This document shows positions 1 to 8,850 of a stretch of 64,000 nt of DNA, piece by piece; position 1 is the stretch's first letter, and each line of letters opens with the position of its first letter. This stretch comes from Dehalococcoides mccartyi (GTDB lineage Bacteria > Chloroflexota > Dehalococcoidia > UBA2979). The notes under the pieces are model-generated. The model ran no database searches and was not told the origin of the DNA. It saw nothing but the letters and a program-made list of their open reading frames with translations. Location: NCBI GenBank assembly GCA_945865925.1, contig CAMBFG010000004.1, positions 46,659-110,658 on the forward strand. Direction: 5' to 3'. The translations under genes and the position numbers were made by a program.

Positions 1-1028
1 TACTCGTCGCGCAGTCGCGCCACGGTCTGCTGGTCGAAGATCTGGAAGGCGACGCTGTGTGGCTGCTTCAGGATCTCGCGGCCGTACTTCGCGTAGGTGT
101 AGTTCCGCAGGTCAGCGCCCTCGTCCACGAAGCGCTCGCCGTAGGCGTTCACGATCAGACCCAGCGGGTACGAGTGCTTCTGGTACAGGTCGCCGATGCG
201 GCGGTTGCCGGTCGGCGGTGCGTTGAGGTCCCATGCGACAGCGTGCGCAGACGACCAGTGGCCGTACGACTGCGCCCCGATGTCCAGCGCCGCCTTGATC
301 GCGTCACCCGTGTTGTGACGCGTCCCTCGCACCTTCGCCATCTCCCACCCGGCACCGAGGTAGCGCGTCCGCATCTCGACGTTCGCCTCGAACCCCCCGG
401 CCGCCAGGACCACCGCCCCCGCCTCGATCGTCTCGTGGCCTTCGACGGTCTTCACGCGGACGCCCGTGACGCGGCCGGTGTTGTCCGTCACCAACCCGTG
501 CGCCTTCGCCCCGTACCGCACCGCAATCCCGCGACGCTCCATCGAGGTGAACAGCGAGTCGGAGAGCCCTGCGCCACCGCCGACGGCTTCCGTGATCATG
601 CCGCCCCAGAAGCGGAGTTTGCCGTCCACTTCGTACGCCTGGCGGCTGTACATCAGCACCCAGCGCATCCCGCCGTACTCGCGCATCCACTGCGCCGTCG
701 GGTACGCGTTCTCGATCAGGTGGTCGACGAGCGTCGAATCGGCGTGGCCCTCGGTCACTCGGTAGAGGTCGTCCCGCATCGCTGAGGCCGGGTACGAGCC
801 GACCTCGATCCGGTCGACCTCAGCATCGCTCAGGTCGGGGATGAGGCCACGGATATCGTCCAGGCCGTTGTAGGGGAAACGAAAGCCGCCGCCGGTGAAA
901 AAGGTGTTGCCCCCGCGCTCGCCCTCGTCCGCCTTCTCCAGCACGAGTACATCCGCGCCCGCCTCGCGCGCCGACAGCGCCGCACAGATCGCCGCGTTCC
1001 CGGCACCCACCACGATTACGTCCGGCAC
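1..1028 (-). CDS. FAD-dependent oxidoreductase, fumarate reductase/succinate dehydrogenase flavoprotein-like (KstD/TcuA type); 3' end lies beyond the window edge
   Basis: Own minus-strand translation (not in the ORF track because it runs off the edge). GTG at 1028 is followed by VPDVIVVGAGNAAICAALSAREAGADVLVLEK, a GxGxxG Rossmann FAD motif. The frame stays open to position 1 (...AFQIFDQQTVARLRDEY). Confidence 0.8.
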   Translation of the reverse strand, partial: MPDVIVVGAGNAAICAALSAREAGADVLVLEKADEGERGGNTFFTGGGFRFPYNGLDDIRGLIPDLSDAEVDRIEVGSYPASAMRDDLYRVTEGHADSTLVDHLIENAYPTAQWMREYGGMRWVLMYSRQAYEVDGKLRFWGGMITEAVGGGAGLSDSLFTSMERRGIAVRYGAKAHGLVTDNTGRVTGVRVKTVEGHETIEAGAVVLAAGGFEANVEMRTRYLGAGWEMAKVRGTRHNTGDAIKAALDIGAQSYGHWSSAHAVAWDLNAPPTGNRRIGDLYQKHSYPLGLIVNAYGERFVDEGADLRNYTYAKYGREILKQPHSVAFQIFDQQTVARLRDE

Positions 1029-1119
1029 GTCGGCCTCCTGCTGCTGCTGACAACGATCTCCGGCATTGGAACCTGCGAGGCCTCCCACGGCAAGCGCGCA
1101 GACAAACCTCCGCAGCGCC

Positions 1120-1698
1120 TTACCGCATTCGCAACGCCGCCGCGATCGCCGTCGCCTCGGCGGCCAACGCATCGAGCCGTCCCGCGAGCACCTCGGTCTC
1201 GGTCGCCCCGGGCCCGCCGAACTCGACGGGATCGACCACGGCAGACCGCGGCAGGTACGAGGGCGCGCCACCATCCAGCCGAGGCGCCATCCCCCAGTGC
1301 AGGTGCGGCCCTGTCGACGTCCCCGTGCTCCCGACCACTCCAAGCATCGCGCCCGCCGCGACGACTTGGCCCTCGAGCACCAGCGGCGCGTCCCGCAGGT
1401 GCCCGTACAACGTCACATACCCCGCCTCCACGTGGTCAAGGATGACCGCGTTCCCGAAGATGTCCTTGAACGCGTCCCAGGGCGTGCCTCGACGGGCATC
1501 GATGAACACGTCACGCACAACGCCGGACGCCGGCGCGCAGACCGACACGCCTTCCGCTGCGCCGATATCGACCCCGGAGTGCCCCTCAACGTGCGCCTCC
1601 ATGTCGCGCGCACCAAACACCGAAGTAATAGGCCCGTCGCACGGCCAGCCCTGCACGACGCCGCCAGCGATGTGGGTGCGATGAAAGAGGACAGGCAT
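1120..1698 (-). CDS. M23 family metallopeptidase (LytM-type)
   Basis: ORF 1120..1722. Motifs HSGVDIG and GSTGTSTGPHLHW are typical of M23 peptidases. Internal ATG at 1698 (MPVLFH...) is preceded by AGGAGG at about 6 nt. Confidence 0.85.
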   Translation of the reverse strand: MPVLFHRTHIAGGVVQGWPCDGPITSVFGARDMEAHVEGHSGVDIGAAEGVSVCAPASGVVRDVFIDARRGTPWDAFKDIFGNAVILDHVEAGYVTLYGHLRDAPLVLEGQVVAAGAMLGVVGSTGTSTGPHLHWGMAPRLDGGAPSYLPRSAVVDPVEFGGPGATETEVLAGRLDALAAEATAIAAALRMR

Positions 1699-1766
1699 CA
1701 CGCACCTCCTGGACACTGGCATAGACGAGCAGGCAGCGAACCCGAATGCCGGACTGGCGCCCCCGG

Positions 1767-2585
1767 CTAGGTCCCCGTGAACTTCGGCGGGCGCTTCTCA
1801 AGGAAGGACGCGCGGGACTCGGCTGCGTCGTTCGTGGCTTTGCGGCCGTAGCCGAGGTGGACGATCTCGTTGCGGAGGGCATCGTCCAGGCGGAGGTTCA
1901 TGTTCTGCTGGACAACCCGCTTCGCCGCGCGGGTGGCGATCGGGGGCCACTGCATGATCGAACGCGCGAGGTCGCATGCTTCGTCGAGCAGGCGCGCGTG
2001 CGGGACGAGGCGGTCAAGCAGGCCGATGCGGTAGGCCTCGTCCGCACCAACCTCGCGGCTCGTCAGGATCAGGTCCATCGCACGGCTGTGGCCGATGATC
2101 CGAGGCAGGAACCACGACATCCCGGAGTCAGGCGAGAGGTTCCGCTCCAGGAACACCGTCTTGAACCGCGCGTGCTCCGAGCCGACGCGCAGGTCGCAGG
2201 CGAGGGCCAGGCTCATCCCTGCGCCCACACAGACACCGTTCATCGCCGCGATGATGGGCTTGTCGAGGCCGTGGAACGCGCGGGCTTGATCGCCGATCCA
2301 GTGGAACTCGTCCAGCAAGTCTTCCTGCGTCTGCGCTGCGGTGACGCGCGGGAGCGGCCGTCCGTCCGGGCCTTGAGGTGGCTGAAGGTCTGCGCCGGAG
2401 CAGAAGCCTCGACCAGCGCCCGTGATCACCACCGTCCGCACGTCGTCGTCGTGCCGGATCTCATCGAGCACGGCGAGGGTGTCGAGGTGGAGCCCTCGGC
2501 TCAACGCGTTGAGCCGCTCTGGCCGGTTGAGCGTGACGAGGCCGATATGGTCTTGCTTGTCGAACAACAGGTTCTCGTATGGCAC
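1767..2585 (-). CDS. enoyl-CoA hydratase/isomerase (crotonase) family protein
   Basis: ORF 1767..2648 contains LVTLNRPERLNAL and ITGAGRGFCSGADL. GTG at 2585 is preceded by GGAGGGG. Confidence 0.9.
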   Translation of the reverse strand: MPYENLLFDKQDHIGLVTLNRPERLNALSRGLHLDTLAVLDEIRHDDDVRTVVITGAGRGFCSGADLQPPQGPDGRPLPRVTAAQTQEDLLDEFHWIGDQARAFHGLDKPIIAAMNGVCVGAGMSLALACDLRVGSEHARFKTVFLERNLSPDSGMSWFLPRIIGHSRAMDLILTSREVGADEAYRIGLLDRLVPHARLLDEACDLARSIMQWPPIATRAAKRVVQQNMNLRLDDALRNEIVHLGYGRKATNDAAESRASFLEKRPPKFTGT

Positions 2586-2672
2586 GGCACCCCTCCGGTC
2601 GCCACGTCGCCGATCAGACGCGGAGCGTACAACCGCGGGCAAGCGCACGACGCCACAGCCCGGCCCACAGAC

Positions 2673-3212
2673 TCAGAGCGACGCCAACCATCGATTCACT
2701 GTGCCACGGCTCGCCAGGCGAAGTTGCGTACGACTCCCATCCGAGGCCGCGAAGAGGGCCGCGTAGCGGTGCTTCTGGCGCCCATAGGTCCGCCACGCGT
2801 ACGCGATCATCGAGTCGCCTGAGAAGACCCGGCGCCACGGCTCCACATTGCTGTGCCAGAGCCGTTCGCGCGTCAGGACGCGCCAGAGCGTGCGGCGCGT
2901 GACAGAGACCATGACCTGCCATCGAGGCAGGTCGAGCCACACGAGGGTGTCGCAACGCGACAGGACCAGCTGGTCCTCCGGTGACGGGCCAAGGTTGCCG
3001 TCAAACGTCCACCCACCGTCACGCGTGGCGGCGTCGAAGGCGAGGTACTGCTCGTCCCGTGGGACTTGCTCCCAGTCTGCCCGCCAGATCAGCGCGTCCG
3101 TCTCGATGTACCGCAGGCCGAGTCGGCCCGCGATCGCCCGCGCAACGTACGTCTTCCCGGCACCGCTCGTGCCGACGACGCAGATCCGCTGACCGAGGTC
3201 GGAGCGCGCCAT
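2673..3212 (-). CDS. P-loop NTPase / adenylate-kinase-like AAA family kinase
   Basis: Walker A motif VVGTSGAGKT lies near the N-terminus. The 179 aa size fits small nucleotide/shikimate-kinase-like proteins. Confidence 0.75.
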   Translation of the reverse strand: MARSDLGQRICVVGTSGAGKTYVARAIAGRLGLRYIETDALIWRADWEQVPRDEQYLAFDAATRDGGWTFDGNLGPSPEDQLVLSRCDTLVWLDLPRWQVMVSVTRRTLWRVLTRERLWHSNVEPWRRVFSGDSMIAYAWRTYGRQKHRYAALFAASDGSRTQLRLASRGTVNRWLASL

Positions 3213-3215
3213 CGT

Positions 3216-4451
3216 TTACGCCTCGATCGGGCGCGGACGGAGGATGAGGACGGCGACAAAGGCGGCGATCACGCTGCACGCGACACCGGTCGCAAGCGCG
3301 TGGGCGCCGACCGGGACGAGTGCTCCGTAGACGATGTTGTAGGTGGACGCGATCAGCATCTGCGAGAAGCCCAGCAGCGCGGACGCCAGCCCTGCGATCT
3401 GGGGGAACGGCACCAGCGCCCCCGCCATCGCTGCCGGACGCGTCAGCCCCAACCCAACCGCCGTCGCGAACATCGGTACGAGAACTGACCACACCCCACC
3501 GGCATCGAGCGCCAGCACCCACAACAGCATCACCACACTCGCCGCCGCCGAGAACCCCGTCCCCAGCAGCACCACCCGATGCGACGGCAGCCGGCTCACG
3601 AGCCGGCTCGAAATCGTCGCACCCAACATGATCCCGAGGGCTACGAGGCCGAATGATAGCCCGAACCACTGTGCACTCAGCCCGAACTCCTCCTGCAACA
3701 CGAAGGACGAGGACGAGATGAACACCAGCTGCCCGCCGAACATCAATCCCATGACGGCCGCGTACGCGAGGTATGTCCGGCTGGAGAAGATCGTCCGGTA
3801 GTCGCGGATCAACCCATCGAGCCCGCTCGTCCCCGGGGCGCGCCTCGGACGCGTCTCCGGTAGACCGAAACCGTACGCGAGCGCCAGCAGCACCCCGATA
3901 GTCGCGAGCGTGACGAACACCGAGTGCCACCCGAAGGCGTCGTGCAGGAATCCGCCGAAGATCGGCGCGATCGCTGGCGCCAGCGGCAACGCAATCGCCA
4001 TGTAGGACAGCACCCGTGCCGCTCGCTGCCGTCCATAAACGTCAAGGACGATCGCCTGCGCGATCGCCGGTCCCGCGCCGCCGCCCAGTCCCTGCACGAC
4101 GCGCCCGGCGAGCAACACCTCCACGGACTGCGCGGAGAGCGCCAGTAGCGACCCCGCGACGAAGAGCACGAGCCCGGCAAGTAGCGCTGGCCGCCGCCCG
4201 ATGCGATCCGAGGCAGGCCCGTACACGAGTTGCGACCCCGCGAACGAGATGATGAACAGCGTCACCGCGAGTTGCAGTGTGGACTCGCTCGCCCCGAACT
4301 CCTCGGCCATCGTTGGCAGCGAGGGGAGGAACATGTCCACCGTCATCGGCGCGATCGCACTCAGCGCGACCAGCAGCGCAGCCGCTGGCAGTGCTTCCGC
4401 TCGTCGGCGCTGGGCTGCAGAGAGGACATCCTGGATGGCCATGCGCCTCAT
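3216..4451 (-). CDS. MFS transporter, Bcr/CflA drug-resistance subfamily
   Basis: ORF 3216..4898. The hydrophobic 12-TM part starts at MRRMAIQDVLSAAQ... (ATG 4451) and contains LPSLPTMAEEFG and GPASDRIGRRP. The Arg-rich 149 aa upstream extension was rejected. Confidence 0.85.
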   Translation of the reverse strand: MRRMAIQDVLSAAQRRRAEALPAAALLVALSAIAPMTVDMFLPSLPTMAEEFGASESTLQLAVTLFIISFAGSQLVYGPASDRIGRRPALLAGLVLFVAGSLLALSAQSVEVLLAGRVVQGLGGGAGPAIAQAIVLDVYGRQRAARVLSYMAIALPLAPAIAPIFGGFLHDAFGWHSVFVTLATIGVLLALAYGFGLPETRPRRAPGTSGLDGLIRDYRTIFSSRTYLAYAAVMGLMFGGQLVFISSSSFVLQEEFGLSAQWFGLSFGLVALGIMLGATISSRLVSRLPSHRVVLLGTGFSAAASVVMLLWVLALDAGGVWSVLVPMFATAVGLGLTRPAAMAGALVPFPQIAGLASALLGFSQMLIASTYNIVYGALVPVGAHALATGVACSVIAAFVAVLILRPRPIEA

Positions 4452-4662
4452 GGTAGGTGGCAGGATTCGCAAGGTCAGCGCGGTGAATTCGATTCGGGCA
4501 ATCGATTCTGTGGGACTGAACATCCTTCTACTCATGTCCTCTTGAAAGTTGCGCGTGTTGCAGGAAGGTGCGATATCGTTGTTACGTTCCGCGAGGGATG
4601 GACGAGGGCGACCGACGCCAGCGCCACCCTCGACGGTGGAGAGTGAACGAGGATCCCGACCC

Positions 4663-5109
4663 ATGGCCGATAGCATCCGCACCGCCCGTACCGCGCTCAC
4701 CAGCGAGCGCACGGCCATCGAGCGGCGCATCACCGACCTCCGTGCCCGTGTCGCCGAGATCGATGAAGTCCTGCAGTCCCTGACCCACCTCGAATCCCGC
4801 CTGCCCACAGGCCCCGAGGCGGCACTGAAGAACTCCCGCGCCCAGACCGCCGGTGGCGAAGGCCGCCTCCCGCGCGGCGCCCTCCGCACGGCCATCATCG
4901 AGACCCTGCGCTCTCACACGACGGGCCTGCACATCAGCCGCATTCTTGAGGTGCTCGCCCGCTCCGGGCGCGCCCCCCGCTCGACCAACCCTCGAGGCAG
5001 TGTCCAGACCACGCTCTACGCCATGCGCCGCGAAGGCCTGGTGGAGAACAAGGGCAAGAACTCCTGGGTGCTCCTCACTCGAGCCCGCGCGACTCGCAAG
5101 AAGAAGTAG
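4663..5109 (+). CDS. hypothetical protein, N-terminal coiled coil plus C-terminal winged-helix-like DNA-binding domain
   Basis: ORF 4549..5109. ATG at 4663 (MADSIRTART...). The C-terminal part ...TGLHISRILEVLARSG...TTLYAMRREGLVENKGKNSWVLL looks like a wHTH. The gene is divergent from the MFS gene. Confidence 0.6.
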   Translation: MADSIRTARTALTSERTAIERRITDLRARVAEIDEVLQSLTHLESRLPTGPEAALKNSRAQTAGGEGRLPRGALRTAIIETLRSHTTGLHISRILEVLARSGRAPRSTNPRGSVQTTLYAMRREGLVENKGKNSWVLLTRARATRKKK

Positions 5110-5130
5110 CCCGCCCACCTGCCCGCTCGG

Positions 5131-5157
5131 AAGGCCGCCGCAAGGCGGCCTTTCTCA
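5131..5157 (+). terminator. intrinsic terminator-like hairpin
   Basis: AAGGCCGCC-GCAA-GGCGGCCTT followed by TCTC, 22 nt after the stop at 5109. Confidence 0.6.
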
Positions 5158-5300
5158 TCCCACTCCGGCTCTGGCTGCCCACGACCACCGCGTCAGGCCC
5201 AGGGGTGGCAATAGCTCGTGCGCGCCCGCACGAGCGCCGCAAGCCGCCCGTGTACGCTCCGGCCCCACGCGCGGGGACAGCGCGAGGAAGGTGGCGGCCC

Positions 5301-6584
5301 GTGCCTGACGGAGCGCTATCCGGGATCCGGGTGCTGGAGTTCTCGCAGATCGTCGCCGCCCCCGTGTGCGGTGTGAACCTCTCCGACTTCGGGGCGGACG
5401 TCGTCAAAGTCGAACCACTCGGCGGCGAGCAGACGAGGCGGACCGCCGCCATCGTGCCCAACGAGGGCAAGGGCTTCCAGGCCTTGAACCGAGGCAAGCG
5501 GTCGCTCGTCGTCGACCTCCACGACCCGCGAGGGCAGGACCTCATCCGCCGCCTCATCCCCCAGACCGATGTGGTCCTCATCAACTACCGCCTCGGCGTC
5601 GCCGAACGCCTCGGCCTCGGATATGACGCGCTCAAGGCACTCCGCCCTGACCTCATCTACTGGCAGAACACCGGCTTCGGCGAGCATGGTGTCGAGGCCA
5701 AGCGCGCCGGCTCCGACATCGTCGCCCAGGCGTACTCCGGCCTCATGGTCACGGACGCCAAAGTCGACGACGACGGTGCGCCCGACCTGATCTCCATCCC
5801 GATCGCGGACATCGTCTCGGGCTTCGCGGCGGCCATGGGTGTCGGCATGGCCCTCTTCCACCGGGCGAGGACGGGTGAGGGCCAGTACCTCAGCACCTCG
5901 CTGCTTCGCACCGCGCTCTTCATCCAGGCCGGCGCCGTCATGCGCGAACCCGTCAGCGACGCCATCCTCCGCAACCCACTCCTCGAGGCCGCTGAAGCCG
6001 CCCTCGCTGCGGGCGAGCCCTACGACGCCATGCTGGACGTCCGCAAGGCCCGCCAGACCGCGCGTGCCGCCTTCCGCCTCTACTACGGCGGCTACCGAGC
6101 CCGCGAGGGCGCTGTCGTCCTCGGCGCGCTCACAAAGCCAAACCGCGACGGCATGCGCAAGGTCCTCGGTTTCCCTGAGGAAGACAGCGACAGCCCGGAC
6201 TACGACGCCCTGCTCCCCGAAAACGTCGAGCGCGCCCTCGACTGGAAGCGCCGCTTCCGCAAGCGCTTCCTCGAGCGCACCGCCGACGACTGGGTGCGCG
6301 ACTTCGACGCGGCCGGGGTGCCGGTCTCTGCCGTGCGCATGCCCGAGGTGATGGCGGACGACGTCCAGGTCGTCGCCGAGGACATGATGTGGGAGGTGGA
6401 CCACACGGTGACCGGCCCGCAGCGTGTCGTCGGCCCCGCAGTCCTCATGTCGAAGACCCCCACCACCGTCCAGCGCGCCGCGCCCGCCCTCGGCGAGCAT
6501 TCTGCCGAGGTGCTCGTCGAAGCCGGTTTCTCCGCCGCTGAGATCGCCACCCTCTGCGAGGCGGGGACCATCCTCCAGCGCTAA
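5301..6584 (+). CDS. family III CoA-transferase (CaiB/BaiF)
   Basis: GIRVLEFSQIVAAPVCGVNLSDFGADVVKVEP is the typical N-terminus of the family. The GTG at 5301 is a chosen start; 5205 is also possible. Confidence 0.9.
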   Translation: MPDGALSGIRVLEFSQIVAAPVCGVNLSDFGADVVKVEPLGGEQTRRTAAIVPNEGKGFQALNRGKRSLVVDLHDPRGQDLIRRLIPQTDVVLINYRLGVAERLGLGYDALKALRPDLIYWQNTGFGEHGVEAKRAGSDIVAQAYSGLMVTDAKVDDDGAPDLISIPIADIVSGFAAAMGVGMALFHRARTGEGQYLSTSLLRTALFIQAGAVMREPVSDAILRNPLLEAAEAALAAGEPYDAMLDVRKARQTARAAFRLYYGGYRAREGAVVLGALTKPNRDGMRKVLGFPEEDSDSPDYDALLPENVERALDWKRRFRKRFLERTADDWVRDFDAAGVPVSAVRMPEVMADDVQVVAEDMMWEVDHTVTGPQRVVGPAVLMSKTPTTVQRAAPALGEHSAEVLVEAGFSAAEIATLCEAGTILQR

Positions 6585-6630
6585 TCCCTTCGCGCTAGGC
6601 TGTGATCGAGACCGAAAGCGAGGCCTCGCG

Positions 6631-7794
6631 ATGCGACTCGGACGGCGCGCGTTCATCGGACTCGCCGGCGCCTCCGTCGCCGGAGCAGCCGGTGTCGCTT
6701 TCGGCCGCGACCGCTTCTTCGGTGGCGACCAACTCCCACCCGCCACCGGCCCCCGCATCGTCTCCACCCCGTTCGCCGGCAACACCGCCGTCCGCCCGGA
6801 CTGGGATGCGCTCTTCACCGAGGCCAAGCGCGAGGGCACCCTGTTCATCCTCGTCCGCGGGCAGGCCGGCTACCGCCGCGCCACCAACGAGTTCCAGACC
6901 ACATTCCCCGGCATCGACGTGCAGGTCTTCACGGAGGCCAGCGCCACCACGTGGCTCGAACGCGTCCGCTCCGAGCGCAAGGGCGGCCGCTACACCCTCG
7001 ACCTCGCGTTCGTGCAGGCCGAACCCGCGATCACCCAGGGCCTGAAAGATGGCTTCTGGGCTCCCGTCCGCCCCCTCCTCTTCCGCTCCGACGTCACCGA
7101 CGACACCGCCTGGCGTGACGGCTTCGCGAGTCGCTTCATCGATGCCAAAGCACAGTTCTCCTTCGCGTGGGAGTACCAGGTGCAGCACGCGTACGCCGTC
7201 GACACCCGCATCGTGAAGGACGGCGAGATCAGCAGCGTGCGCGACCTCCTGGACCCGAAGTGGCGCGGCAAGGTCATCACCTCCGACCCGCGGATCGGCA
7301 GCGGACTCTTCTCCGTCGCCAGCGTCGCGAAGACCTACAGCAACGACGTCGTGAAGACGCTGCTCGTGGACCAGCAGCCGAAGGTCGTCGGCGGCGGCAA
7401 CCTGCTCATCGACGCCCTCGCGGACGGCACCTACCCGATCGCCCAGGGCATCCGTCCGAAGTCCCTCCAGCCCTACCGCGACCGAGGCGTGAACCACATC
7501 AAGTTCCTCGACCTCCCCGATGCCGACCACGTCCCGGGCACTGCCCTCTTCGCCTTCAACAACACTCCACACCCGGCCGCCGCCCGCCTCTTCCTGAACT
7601 GGGCGCTCACGAGGCAGGGCCAAACCCTCCTTGCCCAGAACCTCCTCACGAACAGCGCCCGCACGGACGTCGCCACCTACGAGAACGAGGGCGTCGGCAC
7701 CCCCAACAAGCCCTACTACGAGCCTGACCGCGAATCGAACTACGGCCACACCGCCGCCACCCTGCAGTACGTGCGGAGCCTCCTCGGGACGTAG
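6631..7794 (+). CDS. ABC-type extracellular solute-binding protein (family 1, Fe3+/polyamine-like) with twin-arginine signal
   Basis: ORF 6424..7794. ATG at 6631 gives MRLGRRAFIGLAGASVAGAAG, a Tat-like RRxFIG motif. The rest resembles periplasmic binding proteins. No permease or ATPase gene is adjacent. Confidence 0.8.
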   Translation: MRLGRRAFIGLAGASVAGAAGVAFGRDRFFGGDQLPPATGPRIVSTPFAGNTAVRPDWDALFTEAKREGTLFILVRGQAGYRRATNEFQTTFPGIDVQVFTEASATTWLERVRSERKGGRYTLDLAFVQAEPAITQGLKDGFWAPVRPLLFRSDVTDDTAWRDGFASRFIDAKAQFSFAWEYQVQHAYAVDTRIVKDGEISSVRDLLDPKWRGKVITSDPRIGSGLFSVASVAKTYSNDVVKTLLVDQQPKVVGGGNLLIDALADGTYPIAQGIRPKSLQPYRDRGVNHIKFLDLPDADHVPGTALFAFNNTPHPAAARLFLNWALTRQGQTLLAQNLLTNSARTDVATYENEGVGTPNKPYYEPDRESNYGHTAATLQYVRSLLGT

Positions 7795-7817
7795 ACCTCG
7801 ATGCCCGGCACAAACCA

Positions 7818-7845
7818 AGACGGCCGCCCTTTCGGGCGGCCGTCT
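7818..7845. terminator. bidirectional terminator hairpin between convergent genes
   Basis: Perfect 12-bp stem AGACGGCCGCCC-TTTC-GGGCGGCCGTCT. Confidence 0.7.
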
Positions 7846-7874
7846 GAGTGCTCGCGAATCGCGAGGGCGGAAGG

Positions 7875-8828
7875 CTATGCACCTTCCTTCGGCTGGAGCT
7901 TCGGTGCCGGGTTCGGAATGCCCGAGAGCAACTGCTCCGGGACAGCCTTCGCCAACTCCTCGACGGTCCAGTTCCGTGGCTGGTGGATGCTGCGGATGAC
8001 CTTGCGCTGGCTGTAGCGCGAGGCCTGCCAGCCGGACGTCCCGATCACGTGGCCGCTGATCGCCCCGCCCGCCTCAGTGCAGAGCCACGTCACCGTCGGA
8101 GCGTTGTTCTCCGGGTCACGAGGCGTCGCGCCCTCGGGTGCCGCCGCCGGGTTGTTCTGCGTGCCACCGGCCCGCAGGATGCCCGCCGCCGCACGGATCT
8201 GCTGCGCCGCCGCCGGCACAGACTGCGTCATGCGCGTGTTGCCGCCCGGGTAGATCGCGTTCACCGCGATGCCGTGCGGGCCGAGTTCGCGGGACAGCGC
8301 CCGAGCGAACCCAACCATGCCTTCCTTCGCCGCGGAGTAGTTCGCCTGGCCCGTAGAGCCGAGGCCTGACCCCGAGGAGAAGAGCAGGATGCGTCCGTAG
8401 TGCTGCTTGATCATCGGCTCGACCGAGGTGCGGACGCAGTTGAATGCGCCGCGCAGGTGGACCGCCAGGACGGCGTCCCACTCCTCCTCTGCCATGTTGA
8501 AGATCATGCGGTCGCGCAGGATGCCCGCCACGTGGCACATGATGTCCATGCGCCCGAATTCCTTCAGGGTGGCGTTCACCAGGTCCTGCGTGTCGGCGAA
8601 CTTCGAAATGTCGCCGTAGTGTGCGATGGCCTGACCGCCCATCGCACGGATTTCCTTCACCACACTGTCGGCCGGACCGGCGTCGTTGCCGGACCCGTCC
8701 AGGTTGCCGCCGAAGTCGGCGACCACCACCTTCGCGCCCTCTTCGGCCATCTGCAGCGCGACGCCGCGGCCAATACCGCGACCCGCACCCGTGATGACCG
8801 CGACGCGGCCTTCGAGTCGGTTACCCAT
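7875..8828 (-). CDS. SDR family oxidoreductase (long, ~317 aa)
   Basis: Contains VAVITGAGRGIGRGVAL (TGxxxGxG) and a YSAAK catalytic motif. Confidence 0.9.
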   Translation of the reverse strand: MGNRLEGRVAVITGAGRGIGRGVALQMAEEGAKVVVADFGGNLDGSGNDAGPADSVVKEIRAMGGQAIAHYGDISKFADTQDLVNATLKEFGRMDIMCHVAGILRDRMIFNMAEEEWDAVLAVHLRGAFNCVRTSVEPMIKQHYGRILLFSSGSGLGSTGQANYSAAKEGMVGFARALSRELGPHGIAVNAIYPGGNTRMTQSVPAAAQQIRAAAGILRAGGTQNNPAAAPEGATPRDPENNAPTVTWLCTEAGGAISGHVIGTSGWQASRYSQRKVIRSIHQPRNWTVEELAKAVPEQLLSGIPNPAPKLQPKEGA

Positions 8829-8850
8829 CTGAGTACTCCTCGTCCTCGCG

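Noticed and set aside
57-785. 242-aa plus-strand ORF (and 304..690 minus) at the left edge
   Set aside because: Arg/Pro/His-rich shadow ORFs overlapping the clearly homologous minus-strand FAD-oxidoreductase frame.
4452-4898. 149-aa N-terminal extension of the MFS ORF 3216..4898
   Set aside because: Arg/Ser-rich and non-hydrophobic. It overlaps the divergent promoter region and the 4663 gene start. The TM protein begins at ATG 4451.
5316-6848. 510-aa minus-strand ORF
   Set aside because: Exact antisense of the CoA-transferase gene. It has a Gly/Arg/Asp/Glu-rich low-complexity translation and no motifs, a typical high-GC shadow ORF. The same applies to 6595..7818, 11475..12074, 14753..15718, 16210..16947, 28076..29713, 44032..45054 and 60926..61861.
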